Notes: generated by a model not told the origin, from the sequence alone. A stretch of DNA of 64,000 nt from Vitrella brassicaformis CCMP3155 (GCA_001179505.1 CDMY01000454.1:9520-73519); one strand, 5' to 3'; positions 36,521 through 48,761 are shown, numbered from the stretch's first letter. Program-made: numbers and translations.

Positions 36521-37466
36521 GTGAGTGAGTGAACACACCACACCACACCACACAGACAGATGGGCGTGTGTCATTCCCTCTCTTGTGTGTGTGTGCGTGT
36601 GTGCAGCATTCTTATGAGTCGCCAAAGGGCTGCAAAACGACGACGCACGAGGAGAAGGTGCCCTACTGCAAGCACGGCTACCTCGAGGGCCACAAGTGCG
36701 TCAAGGTGATCGACAGCTACAAACCCTACTACCCCAAGTGCAAGGCCGGATACACCCTGCACGACGGCAAGTGTGTCAAGAAGGCCTACTATGAGGCCGA
36801 CTACAAGTGCCCATCCGGCTACTCCCTTACGAGCGACTACAGCAAGTGCTGGGCGGACAAGTATCAAGACAAGAAGATCAAGTGCCCCTACGGCTTTAAG
36901 TTCGACGACGAGACGCACAAGTGCATCAAATACGACTATGCCGACCTCAAGTACTACTGCCCAGCGGTGAGTGAGTGAGTGAGTCGAGTGACAACATCGC
37001 CAACACGGCACTGGACGATTCCGCACACACACACACACACACACTCGTCTGTGTGTGCCTGTCATTGCTCCAGCACTTCAAGTTGACGCCCAAGGGCTGC
37101 AAGACCACGAAATACGAAGCCAAGTCGCCTTACTGCAAGCACGGCTACCTCGAGGGCGGCAAGTGTGTGGCCAAGAAGACTTATGACGTCGACTACGAGT
37201 GCAAGTATGGCTATAAGCTGACTGATGACGGCAGCAAGTGCTACGCCAGCAAAAAGCTGAGCTACAAGTACAAGTGCCCTTATGGCTACGAGCTGCTCGA
37301 GGCCGACAAGAAGTGCGTCAAGCCCATCTACTCGAAGGTGGCCTACAAGTGTGCCAAGGGCAAGCTGACCTTCATCGACGCCGAGCACTCCGGCAAGAAG
37401 ACCCCCGTGTGCTGCATATACGACTACCACAACTTTGGGGGAGGCTCCAACAGCTACCACCACTGA
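35924..37466 (+). CDS. Secreted Cys/Tyr/Lys-rich repeat protein, oocyst/cyst wall protein (OWP/COWP)-like; join(35924..36142,36232..36516,36607..36966,37074..37466)
   Basis: Signal peptide MTVFALCASALLLLACVPAAVA. Repeated YxCPxG(Y/F)xxxxDxxKCxK and PYCKHGxLxGxKC units, as in coccidian OWP Cys repeats. Confidence 0.8.
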
Positions 37467-38354
37467 TTGAGGGTGGCGGAAGGGGACACACACACGCCCT
37501 CACTGGTCTGTCTCGTTGTCTTCTTCATGTGATTAGTCTGCAGTACCAGCTAGCTAGTGCCATCATCGTTTCTTTCTGTTTCTTTCTGTCACGAGATGTG
37601 TGTCGTTGGTGGTGGTATGCCGTGTTTGTGTTGTGTTGTGGTGCTTCTTTGTTCCAGGCCCATAGTATGGGGCTAATGAATTACATGCGGGTGGACGGGG
37701 GACGGGTGGTGGATGTGTTTGTCAAGTGTTGTTTGGTGGTTCATGGCCGTGGTCAAGCCGATGGTGTGGTAGTTTGGTGTCCTGCGGCAGACGGATTAGT
37801 GCCCTGGTCGACGCATGCCCACAGACAGACAGACAGACAGACAAGTGTGTGTATGCGTGTGTGGATTAGGTCATATCATCCATCGCGTGACACCAGGAAG
37901 GGGTGATTATGTGATTATGGACACTTCTTTGCACGGCGGTGAATGGATCGAGAGGCGGTTCTCTTGCGTCTGCTGTCTGCCACGGCAGGCAAAGGTTAAT
38001 GAACACGTGAATGCGCTCAGTCTCTGCACGCACACGCACACACATATGGACAGACACATCATGCGATGGATGCAGAGTCACGCTGTGGATGGGCACACAC
38101 AGAGAGGGAGGGGGAAATCCTATACGTATGCACACCAGAGAGAGAGAGAGAGAGGGACAGCAGAAGAAAGAGAGCCATCCATCCATCCATGTGCTTACGC
38201 CATTGCAGAGGCAAGCTGACGGACAGCCACCTCCCCTCAATCCATCCATCCACGCCATACATACACACGCATATGCAGCCTCCCCTTCCCCCTTCCCCCT
38301 CCCCGGGCACCTTCTCTCTCTCCCACTCAGTGATTTATTCATTTTCTACTTACT

Positions 38355-39412
38355 TCAGACGCCGTATTGTCCGCCGCCGTCGTGTCTGTTGGTGTCTCTG
38401 GTAGCCCTGAGCCCCATGGCGGCGAGCCCGCCGAGCACCACACAGATGAAGAGGAACACGAAGATGCCGGCCACCAGGAACCCCATGCCGTTCTTGTACT
38501 GCTCGTCCTGCGTCGTGTTGGGGTTCTTGACCCACTTGACCAGCACGGGCTCGCTGGCGCTCGTGAGGCCCCAGTAGGCCTCGGCTTTGTGAATCGCCTT
38601 CTTGTAGCTCTTTGTCATCCTCACCGTCACACCACCACGAGCGCTGCCGCTCTTGGCCGCGTCGCCGCACCGGAAGCCGCCCGTCTTGCCGCAGCAGTTG
38701 GTGCCGACGGCCCAGAACTGGACCATGGCCGTGGACTGTGTGGGGTCGCTGTTTGTGTCCTGGATGGGCGCCACGCAGAACATGGTGCCCTGCTTGAAGC
38801 CCACCGACTGGTCCGTGTTGACGATCGTGCCGCTTGTGAAGAATATCTTGCCCGCATCGCCGTACTTGGCCGCGCTGTCGGTGGCGATGACGTTGGCGTA
38901 GGCCTGGTTCTCCTGGTAGGCCCAGTACTTGGCGATGTACCGATTGTAGTTGATGGTGCCGCTCCAGACGCCCACCAACACAGCCACGACCATCATGAAC
39001 GACAGCACCAGGTTGAGGGAGGGGTGGGAGCGGCCCGGGCTGACGCGGCCAGAGAGGCCAATGCCTATCGCGGCCACCAGCCCGAAGAAGCTCGTGGCCC
39101 AGACGGCGAGGGGCGAGTCGTGGTAGGCGAAGGCGAAGAGGAGGGCGATGATCGTGTAGAGCAGCCACGGCACCACAATCAGGCACGCCACCGCCTTGAA
39201 GCCGAAAGTTGACGCCTTGAAGCCCATCGGGAAGCGGTTGCGACGCTTGCGGCCTGCCTGCGACGAGGGAGGGGTGGGCAGGGGCTGCGCACCGGTGAGG
39301 AAAGGGTCGTTCTCCTGTGACCAAAGCATCCATCCATCCATCCATCCGTTCACACATGCGTGATGCATCCTTCATCGTGTGTGTGCACGGCTGATTGTGA
39401 CGTTCGCACCAT
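38355..39412 (-). CDS. Uncharacterised 4-TM membrane protein with a Cys-containing extracytoplasmic loop (probable exon 1 = ATG only, intron 39409-39315)
   Basis: Three N-terminal TM helices, a loop with FCVAPI..QFWAVGTNCC..FRCGD, and a C-terminal TM (FLVAGIFVFLFICVVLGGL). The open frame has strong coding codon bias. Confidence 0.8.
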
Positions 39413-41100
39413 GGCGCTGGCGATTAGAGCGGTGGTTGAGAGAGGAGGAGGTGCACGGTCACGAGAGGGACGCAGGGGGGAAGGGGAGAGCCTGATGCAT
39501 CAACGAGGAAGCGATCGGTAGCCGTGTCGTTGCAAAGCGATACGACAATGATGGAGGAAGGTCTGCGTAGCTTGGGCAGATGGTCGCTATCTACCTTTCA
39601 GGGATGCCGCCGTGTAAACAGAGAGCGTTTTGTCGCGAAAGATCGCCTGTTCTAGCAGTGGGGTGGTCATGATGAGGTGGTTCCTTTGGAGATGGCGGAG
39701 GTGGCGGCATTCGTACAAGAAAGTCGACCCCGAAGCGGACGACACTGAGGAGCTCTCGTCTGTGGTCATCTCCATCCTGCCTGAGGATGACGCTCAGAGG
39801 GGCGGAGATCTCACGAGACCTGTTGTTGCTGTTCCGCTCCCTGCCGACGTCTACTCTGCGGCCATTCTACCCTTCTTACCTCTGGATGATGCTGTGAAGG
39901 TTCGCCCGACCAGCAGGACGCTCAGCAAAGCCGTCGATGAGGCCTTCCTGATGTGCCACATCGACAGATGCCTCGCCCAGCAGCGGCTGAGCGGCCTCGT
40001 TGATGTGGAGAGGGATCCCGGTGACACACAGCCAGCCGCCCCGTCTCTCTCCCGATTTGGCTATCTCTGTCGGTGCGCTCACATAATCGACAGGGCGGCT
40101 GGGTGGCGCCAGATGGCCACTGTGGTGCGGCTGGCGACCGCCTGCGGGGCGGTGAGGACTGGCCGGCTGCCTTTGGTGATATCCGCTGAGTGGCTCGTGG
40201 CGCGTTATCTGCTCGACACAGCGACATCCGACGGGCGGCCGAGGGGGGCGACCACAGGCTCACTCAGATACGTCCGGGCACTGTGGAACATGCTGACAGG
40301 CGGCAGCGACACGTCATCCGAGAGTGTGGGCATCGAGCAGACGGAGAGTGAGGAGGAGGTGAAGCTCATGACCTACTGGCGTGAGCGGCTGCAGGAGCGC
40401 TGGGTCGAGCTGTTCTGTTGGCTCTTTTGTCTATCCATCTTGGCGGTGCTTATCTGCTTCGTCTGGATGGTCATCGAACACGGCTTCCCCAGGATCAGCA
40501 TAGTTCCTCTGCTGCTGCTCCTATTCCTCGGCATAGTGGTCGACGCCGTTGCGTTGTCGCTTTGCCTCACTATGATGGTCTATGAACACGTGGAGCTCGA
40601 GGACCCGCAGTGCACCATGCCTTGGCTGACCATTGGCGGGAAGCGATTCCGCGTCGTTCCACGGGAAGAGATGTGCAGGTGGCACCCTTTCTGGCGAGAC
40701 TACGACGAGCTCAACCCGCCCATCCGCTGCGGCCAAGGGGTGTATCCCTCCTGGACGTCATTCATCGCCTACACGTTGCTGGACAGCCCGGAAGTTAAGC
40801 AGCGGATGACGCAGCTATACCCGATAAGCGCTGATCATTGGAAGCCGCTGTACCTTGGTGACATCACTGGGGTCGCTGAAGCCTCATCGGCGTGTTCATT
40901 TCTGCAGGGACTTCGAGAAGAAGTTCCTGCTCTTGGAGAACTTCTACCCCGCCCGTGTCTACTTGGCGAAGGTGGGGGGCTCGGAGGAGGTCAAGCAGCA
41001 AATGTTCTCAAGGTTCTTCAACAACGTACGTCAACTCCGGCAGACAAGATAGACAGCACAATGGGGCTCTGCATTGTGTGTGTGTGTGTGTCTGTGTGTC

Positions 41101-44100
41101 ACCACAGAGCCATAGCCAGACGACCTCTGGGTGTGTCTTTTTGTCTCGCATCCGTCCTTTCCGCTGTGCGGGTGTGTCTGGCGGCCTCTCGTGCTCTACG
41201 AAGGATGACGTGCGTCGCATTTGACTTGCAAGACCTCATCTCGGGCGGCAGCGATTACATTCCGTTCGAAGTTTCGTCGGCGGTTCTTCTACCAGCCTGA
41301 CGAGACCAAGAGAATACCCATGGGCCTCCAGCGCAGCATCCCATCGTACGACTACCTCTCGGTGCCGCAGTTGGACCTGCACAAGGTGCCCGACGGCCCA
41401 ATTCTGTAGACGCACTTCAACTGGGACGGCGTGTGCGACAAGAAGGGCTGTGGCGGCGGGAAGAAGTACTACATGCACGTGGAGCGAAAGCCCAACCACC
41501 CCGCCGAGTCAGACCCCTCCTCGCGCAAGGACGGGATGGGGCCCCGGAGCACCCTGCGCTGCACCGAGAACAGGGCGGATGACGGCCGGGACCTGATGGG
41601 CAGGTTGCAGGAGAGGGTGCAGATGTTTGAGAGGGCCGAGCGGGAGTGGCTGAAGCACTTCGCGCGGCTCCGAGGGGTGAGTGAGAGAGGGAGGATACTT
41701 GTGTGTGTCCGTCCACGTATCCATGTTTTGTCTTGTGTCGTGTTTCTCAGGCGCATCACTGTCGGTCGTCTTCCTACTTGGAGTTCGAGGACCTGAGCGC
41801 CCACGAAGTCGACAACGAGGTCAGGAAAATGATGGCTTTGCTGCTTCGCAACACTTTCCTGGTTTGCTGCGTCGGCACACTCGAGGCCAGACGGTCCACC
41901 CTGGCCTTACAAACTCCAATGACCTCTGGCGCCTCGTGTCGTCGTACCTTCGTCAGCCCATTGCCGTGTGCAAAGCCTGCGCTTCAACCGCGACATTGCT
42001 CAGAGAGACTTGAGGGCAAATAAGACGAATGTCATCATCCACCGTCACACGATGATCACCACACCGCTATGTACACACCGTACCAAACCGGGTAACTAGG
42101 CACGCTCAACGACTGCATCGAGAGGCGGGGCGTTGCGCCGATGAGCGAGCATGAGGCCTCCCACTGGGTGCGGCAGCTGGTGGAGACCCACCAGGAGCTC
42201 AAGGCCATGGACAGATCCTTCAAGTAAAGACCCATTCAACATGTTGACAGGCAGACACACACATCATGTCTGTCTGTGAATGAATGTGTGCAGCGACTTC
42301 GACCTGAGGAGCTACCTGGTTGACGAGGCCAATACGGTCAAGCTGGCGTGCATGAGGTGGCGTGTTGGAAAGCACTCCGTCGCCACAGAGAGGACACAGA
42401 AACCGCTCACTCACTCACCAAGGTAGGCTCACGCCGCCGTCTCGAGGCTCCTTCGCGCACCGTCAGCGATGCGGTGCATCCCCAAAGGCCAGAATGAGTC
42501 TAGCACGCAGACATTCTAGAGTAAGTACCGCTTGTCTTCCCTCCCGGCCTCCTCCCGGTGCCAGGATACGAACGCTACCCGACCATTCTACTCGTACGCC
42601 ACACAACACACCGCACCACACCACACCACACACACATTCGTTGCGCATTGTCTGTTGTGTGTGTGTGTGTGTGTGTGTGTGTTTGGCATGTTGGCAGACG
42701 TATGAGTTTCCCGACGGCGAGCAGCTGAGCGTGCACGCCAACCTTGGCGCGCCCTTCAGGGGCGACAGTCGTGTGGGCTAATGCGGCGCTCGTGTAGATG
42801 TTCGTGCGATGCTTCATGGCGGTCAGTGAGACACTCAGCGAGCGAAACACACGACTAATGTGTGCTCTGTGTGTATGTGTGTAGGGTCNNNNNNNNNNNN
42901 NNNNNNNNNNNNNNNNNNNNNNNNNNNNNNNNNNNNNNNNNNNNNNNNNNNNNNNNNNNNNNNNNNNNNNNNNNNNNNNNNNNNNNNNNNNNNNNNNNNN
43001 NNNNNNNNNNNNNNNNNNNNNNNNNNNNNNNNNNNNNNNNNNNNNNNNNNNNNNNNNNNNNNNNNNNNNNNNNNNNNNNNNNNNNNNNNNNNNNNNNNNN
43101 NNNNNNNNNNNNNNNNNNNNNNNNNNNNNNNNNNNNNNNNNNNNNNNNNNNNNNNNNNNNNNNNNNNNNNNNNNNNNNNNNNNNNNNNACAGAGCCATAG
43201 CCAGACGACCTCTGGGTGTGTCTTTTTGTCTCGCATCCGTCCTTTCCGCTGTGCGGGTGTGTCTGGCGGCCTCTCGTGCTCTACGAAGGATGACGTGCGT
43301 CGCATTTGACTTGCAAGACCTCATCTCGGGCGGCAGCGATTACATTCCGTTCGAAGTTTCGTCGGCGGTTCTTCTACCAGCCTGACGAGACCAAGAGAAT
43401 ACCCATGGGCCTCCAGCGCGGCATCCCATCGTATGATTACCCATTGGACTGCACAAGGTGCCCGACGGCCCAATTCCGCAGACGCACTTCAACTGGGACG
43501 GCGTGTGCGACAAGAAGGGCTGTGGCGGCGGGAAGAAGTACTACATGCACGTGGAGCGAAAGCCCAACCACCCCGCCGAGTCAGACCCCTCCTCGCGCAA
43601 GGACGGGATGGGGCCCCGGAGCACCCTGGGCTGCACCGAGAACAGGGCGGATGACGGCCGGGACCTCATGGGCAGGTTGCAGGAGATGGTGCAGATGTTT
43701 GAGAGGGCCGAGCGGGAGGGGCTGAAGTACTTCGCGCGGCTCCGAGGGGTGAGTGAGGGAGGATAATTGTGTGTGTCCGTCCAAGTATCCATGTTTTGTC
43801 TTGTGTCGTGTTTCTCAGGCCTATCACTATCGGTCGTCTTCCTACTTGGAGTTCGAGGACCTGAGCGCCCACTCGACGCCCAACGACTGCATCGAGGGTC
43901 GGGGCGTTGCGTCGATGAGCAAGCATGAGGCCTCCCACTGGGTGCGGCAGCTGGTGGAGACCCACCAGGAGCTCAAGGCCATGGACAGATTCTCCAAGTA
44001 GGGACCCATTGGACATGTTGACAGGCAGACACACACATCATGTCTGTCTGTGAATGAATGTGTGCAGCGACTTCGACCTGAGGAGCTACCTGGTTGACGA

Positions 44101-44662
44101 GGCCAATACGGTCAAGCTGGCGTGCATGAGGTGGCGTGTTGGAAAGCACTCCGTCGCCACAGAGAGGACACAGAAACCGCTCACTCACTCACCAAGGTAG
44201 GCTCACGCCGCCGTCTCGAGGCTCCTTCGCGCACCGTCAGCGATGCGGTGCATCCCCAAAGGCCAGAATGAGTCTAGCACGCAGACATTCTAGAGTAAGT
44301 ACCGCTTGTCTTCCCTCCCGGCCTCCTCCCGGTGCCAGGATACGAACGCTACCCGACCATTCTACTCGTACGCCACACAACACACCGCACCACACCACAC
44401 CACACACACATTCGTTGCGCATTGTCTGTTGTGTGTGTGTGTGTGTGTGTGTGTGTTTGGCATGTTGGCAGACGTATGAGTTTCCCGACGGCGAGCAGCT
44501 GAGCGTGCACGCCAACCTTGGCGCGCCCTTCAGGGGCGACAGTCGTGTGGGCTAATGCGGCGCTCGTGTAGATGTTCGTGCGATGCTTCATGGCGGTCAG
44601 TGAGACACTCAGCGAGCGAAACACACGACTAATGTGTGCTCTGTGTGTATGTGTGTAGGGTC
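41101..44662 (+). repeat. Tandem duplication: ~41101-42888 versus ~43189-44662
   Basis: Long identical stretches (e.g. 42233-42888 vs 44007-44662) on either side of the N gap. Confidence 0.9.
42889..43188. other. Assembly gap (N run)
   Basis: N characters in the sequence. Confidence 0.99.
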
Positions 44663-46111
44663 GTACCAGCGTGACGACGGGTGAGAAGAACACCCTGATG
44701 TGGGGCGGTGTCCACCACAAGACCAACCTCGACCACGGTATGGGATCCAGGCGGCTGCACGTCACACCGTGATTCATGTGTTGGTGTGTGTGTGCATCCA
44801 TCACACTAGGAGCGGCGCATGGATACCCCGACCAGGGCTACTTCTTTAACGCGACACGTCCGCTGCACGACACACTGACGGAGGCATGGCGCCACCCTCC
44901 TCGGTGATTGCCTGAATGTCGCGTGTGCAGACGAGCTCCATGGCCACGGTATCGTGCCCACACCGATGGAGCAGACCCTCCTCACTGGCGACACTCCTCC
45001 ACTCGGCACAGCGCCATATGGGAGGCCACCGACGCTCAAGTGGTCACCTCACTGACCACACACACATCACATCATCCAGTGAGTGTCAATTGGTTGCATT
45101 GATGGATGTGTGCGCAGCGTGCAAGGGCCCCCGTCTCCGGCTGACCTGCTGGTTGACGACGACGCCGATCTGGAGGAGCGTCTCAGGTGCTGGTGCTGCT
45201 GCTGAGTTAAGTGAGGGAGTGACTGCTGGATAGGTTGGGGGGTTAGCCCACAATATAGGATTCAGTCTTTCATCGCTTCCTACATCTTATATTTCGTTGG
45301 AGAGTGTTCCGCCATCAGCGTCACAACTTTCCCGGTGGAACAAATGACTTTTCATCAAACATGTGTTCCAATTGTCATATGTGACATGTATGTTTGATCA
45401 ATGATGTATGTGTCACGGGCTGCCTCTCCTCGGTAGTTTGAACGCACACACACCCTTGCACCGGCCATTTTTGCACATACATGTAGGTTGCAGCTGCCTG
45501 AGTCAGGCACTCGTGTAAGGGCCGCTCTGGAAGGTTCCGTGCAGCACACGTTGGATGGATGCGTGAGTGTGAGTAAAATTCAAAAGGGAGAGAACAGCGA
45601 GCTGAAATGGATGCGCGGGTCCTATGCATGGCAATAGATATGCTGTGTTCGTCTTCGTTTGTGGGCAGCTTGGCAGGCAAGTCTTATTGCTGTCTGGCTG
45701 GGGGGTGTGGTGTTTGTATTGGGAGAGGCGTGTGTGGCGATCGGCTGGCTGCATGCTGAATGCCTCCCTCCCTGGAATTTTGTACGTGTACTCGCTGCCT
45801 CGTGTGACCTGATGACCGGTGTGAAGGACTCTGCCGCGGACATTAACGAGCTAATGCGGTGAGCTTTATGCGGTGAGCTTTTGCAAGTGTCAATCCCAAT
45901 AAGCCAACCAAATGTCTGCTTGTCATCCCTACAACGTATTGTGCAGAGACGCTATTAACAGCCCTCTCCTGCACTGATGGCAACTAGATACAGCAGCCGA
46001 GGCAGCAGCCGTCCGTGACAGCTTATGTATTACATGATCGATCACACACAGGCGACGTGCGTGTCGCGGCAACCGGGCGGCTTGTGTGTCACACCCTGTC
46101 TCTCACTCACC

Positions 46112-48761
46112 TATGTCGCAGCATTGCGCCGCCGAACGCACAGCTTGCGGTCGTCGAGGCTGAGCGTGTATGGTCCTCCGCTGAGGTTGAAGCCCGCCTG
46201 CTGAGGCATGAAACGCCGCCGAAACTCGACCACCAGCTGTTCGTCATCAATTATATGCACAACGGTGCTCTTGTGGTCCTCTTATTCAGTCAGCTCAGCA
46301 CATCCACATTGCCAACCAGGAAGTATCTGGATGTGTCCGGTGTGGAAGTACAGCGCACCGTGAGTTTTCCCATAAATGAGGCGACCATGGCGATCACATG
46401 GTAATAGAATAGGTCGAAGTCGAATTCGTCATCCTCCACATTACCTGGAGTGAACACACACAAACATGGCCATACACAGATTCCACGCCCCTACGGCTGA
46501 CTCCCCCCTCACCAAACACATTGACAGTCACTTCCCCTATCGATGGGATGTCGTACGACGGGCCCCACATACAAGGGCTGTCATGAGTGTCCGGAGCCGC
46601 CGTGAGCTCGGCTGTCGACAGGTTTAGTTCTATGTCCAGGGTTTTCTCCACCTTATTGCTGACCAGCACCGTCTGCAGCTGCTCGAGGAAACGCCATACC
46701 TCATCAGCAGGCCATTCCAGGGGGTGAAAGTATTCATCATCTCCTGCCTTGACGAACGACAGGCTGGGCATGTTGGAGGCGATCTCGACTGCGCGTGACA
46801 CGTTGGCCTCATCGTCGAGGGCATCATTGAAGAGCTGCAGAGTATCCGCGTCAGGGAATGTGTTGTCACTGATTGCTGCAGGGATGGCCTCGGTACTCCC
46901 GCAGTAGGCAACGGTGTGGGCGACCTTGGCGAATCCGTCAATGATCTTCTGCATGGTGGGACTGCCGCTGCTGCGGCTGCGGGAGACGAGCTCCACGGCG
47001 ATCTTCCCGCATTGAAGCTGACCAAGGTCCTCCGATATCGCTGCAGGATGCGCGACAGCGTCACTGCAGAAAACAATGACACAGAAAGTCATACTGGCGA
47101 TGTGATCTTCCCTGTCTTTGTGCCCCCACATGAATTGTGCCGTCTCCCGCAATTTTTCCCGGTATGGGGCTGCATCCCACAGAGAATCACCTATGTCGAT
47201 CCCGAGTTCGCGAATGGACCGGCTGACGCCCCTCGCCACCATCACCTCACGCAGCCTGTCGATCTCGGCGTGGGAGACATACTCATCCATCCGGATGCCG
47301 CGCAGTGTGCGAAGGGCTTTCAGCGACTTCCCGTCGGCGGGCAGCCCTCTTAGCGCATCGGCCATCTGGTCAGCGTCCCAGCGGACATTGTCCAGCACTT
47401 CTATGGCTTCACAATCGGTCAGCCATGTCTCCCCGGCATCCACGTCGCACGGAGACGCGTCGATGATGATCGTCTTGACTGCGGGTGCATACCATTTCCG
47501 GCCTAGACGAGCCGACAGATACTCCCAAGGCGTGTTGTCGATCGTCTTGAGTGCCGGCAAGTGGACGAGGGCGGTGGGGATAGGGGGCAGGTCAGATGTG
47601 GGGTCGAGGTCGGGGTCGTAAATGCTGTCAGCGACCACGATGCTATCGTCGAGGTCGACGGCCTCGAATGACAGCACCTCCAGTGTGCCCTCGTCAGCCG
47701 ACTGATTCCCTTGCCCTGCCACCGCCGGAGCAGCCGCTGTCCCCTGCCCTCCGTCCCTCTCTCGTCTCTTCTTCTCTGCGATGGCCGCCCGCCCGATGGC
47801 GTGTCCCTCCACCAGTGCCACCCAGGTCCCGCGACGCCAGACCATGATGGTCCATCCGGGATGGCGGTGTTTGATCTCTCGCACGTTGGTCGCCCTCTCG
47901 CCCCAGTTGTGTGCCACGGCCAGCGGCATGGTCTCCCACATGCGCCGCGCCGTGTCGTCCTTACAGTCGATGACCAGGTGGGTGTAGTTGGCGGCCGACT
48001 GATGGAAGAGGGGCGTGCCGAGACGCCGGCGGTGGCGCGTCAGCTCCCAGTGCTGCAGGTGGCCGAACACGTTGGCCAACTCGTCACGCGACAGCCGACG
48101 ACGGGCCTGAAGTGACAATTAACATGACATCAAATAAGGTCAAGATGCTTTAGATGTATCAGATCTGTCATGGTGTCGGCCTGACCGGCCCTTGGTGGTT
48201 GACAGGTGGAGCGTTGCCGCTTTGATGGATCAGACGATAGGACGGACCACTGGCCCCAGGCGCCTGCAATGCAATAAGACAACATGACAGCCACAACAAC
48301 GCAGAGGGCGGATCCATGGTCAGCTGCCGATGGATGGCCACCCACCTCACCCCACTGTGGCTCTGTGTGTGCCGCCCCCGATGCGGCAGCGGCCTCGGTG
48401 GTCGACGTGTGTGCATCTACAGCTACAGCACTTGTGAGGCTGGGCTCTCTCTGCTGGAGCTTCTTGGGAAGAGTATCCAGGAGGCAGGCCACGGAATCCA
48501 GCTGATAACTCAACGCCAACCCCACTGGCGACGATGCCTGAAAGCAGCCAGGAAAGGCCCCTCTGGCATGGACGCCTCAGTCAATGAGCTTACCTGTGCG
48601 GTGATGGCGGCTTGGTCTTGGTCGAGGAGGCGTGATAAGCCATCCCTCACAGCACGGGCATTCGCAACCAACTGGCAACAGAAATGCACAGTCACTGTGG
48701 AATGCCCTTTCCTCCGCTGCAATTCCGTGCGCGTGCATCTCACCTCCTTATTGGGGTCCAT
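46112..48761 (-). CDS. F-box/LRR-like family copy C, apparently intact
   Basis: Same exon structure as A and B. The core frame is open for >570 codons, with no stop seen in the spliced model. Confidence 0.7.

Larger units (their letters stand above)
39669..45233 (+). pseudogene. Second family copy 2 followed by tandemly duplicated, disrupted exons encoding a degenerate protein-kinase-like region
   Basis: F-box-like LPADVYSAAILPFL and two TM helices. Downstream exons contain a stop (41407 TAG), a frameshifting deletion (~43437) and an insertion. Confidence 0.55.

Noticed and set aside
4612-39375. Long antisense or alternative-frame ORFs (e.g. 5189-6223 +, 7961-8863 +, 34426-35394 -, 38350-39375 -, 38367-39212 +)
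   Set aside because: These are shadow ORFs of real genes in GC-rich DNA, or read-throughs of microsatellite introns. They show no motifs and poor codon bias.
32213-40228. Terminal inverted repeats of a large DNA transposon enclosing 32.8-39.7 kb
   Set aside because: The repeats are coding 5' halves of two genes pointing outward. No transposase or TSD was seen, and the enclosed genes are ordinary.
23281-41409. Stop-codon reassignment or readthrough explaining in-frame TGA/TAG
   Set aside because: Conserved genes in the window terminate normally at TGA and TAG. Internal stops occur only in redundant paralogues and co-occur with frameshifts.
41101-44662. RIP-like C>T hypermutation of duplicates
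   Set aside because: Differences between the tandem units include many transversions, and no clear directional bias is visible by eye.
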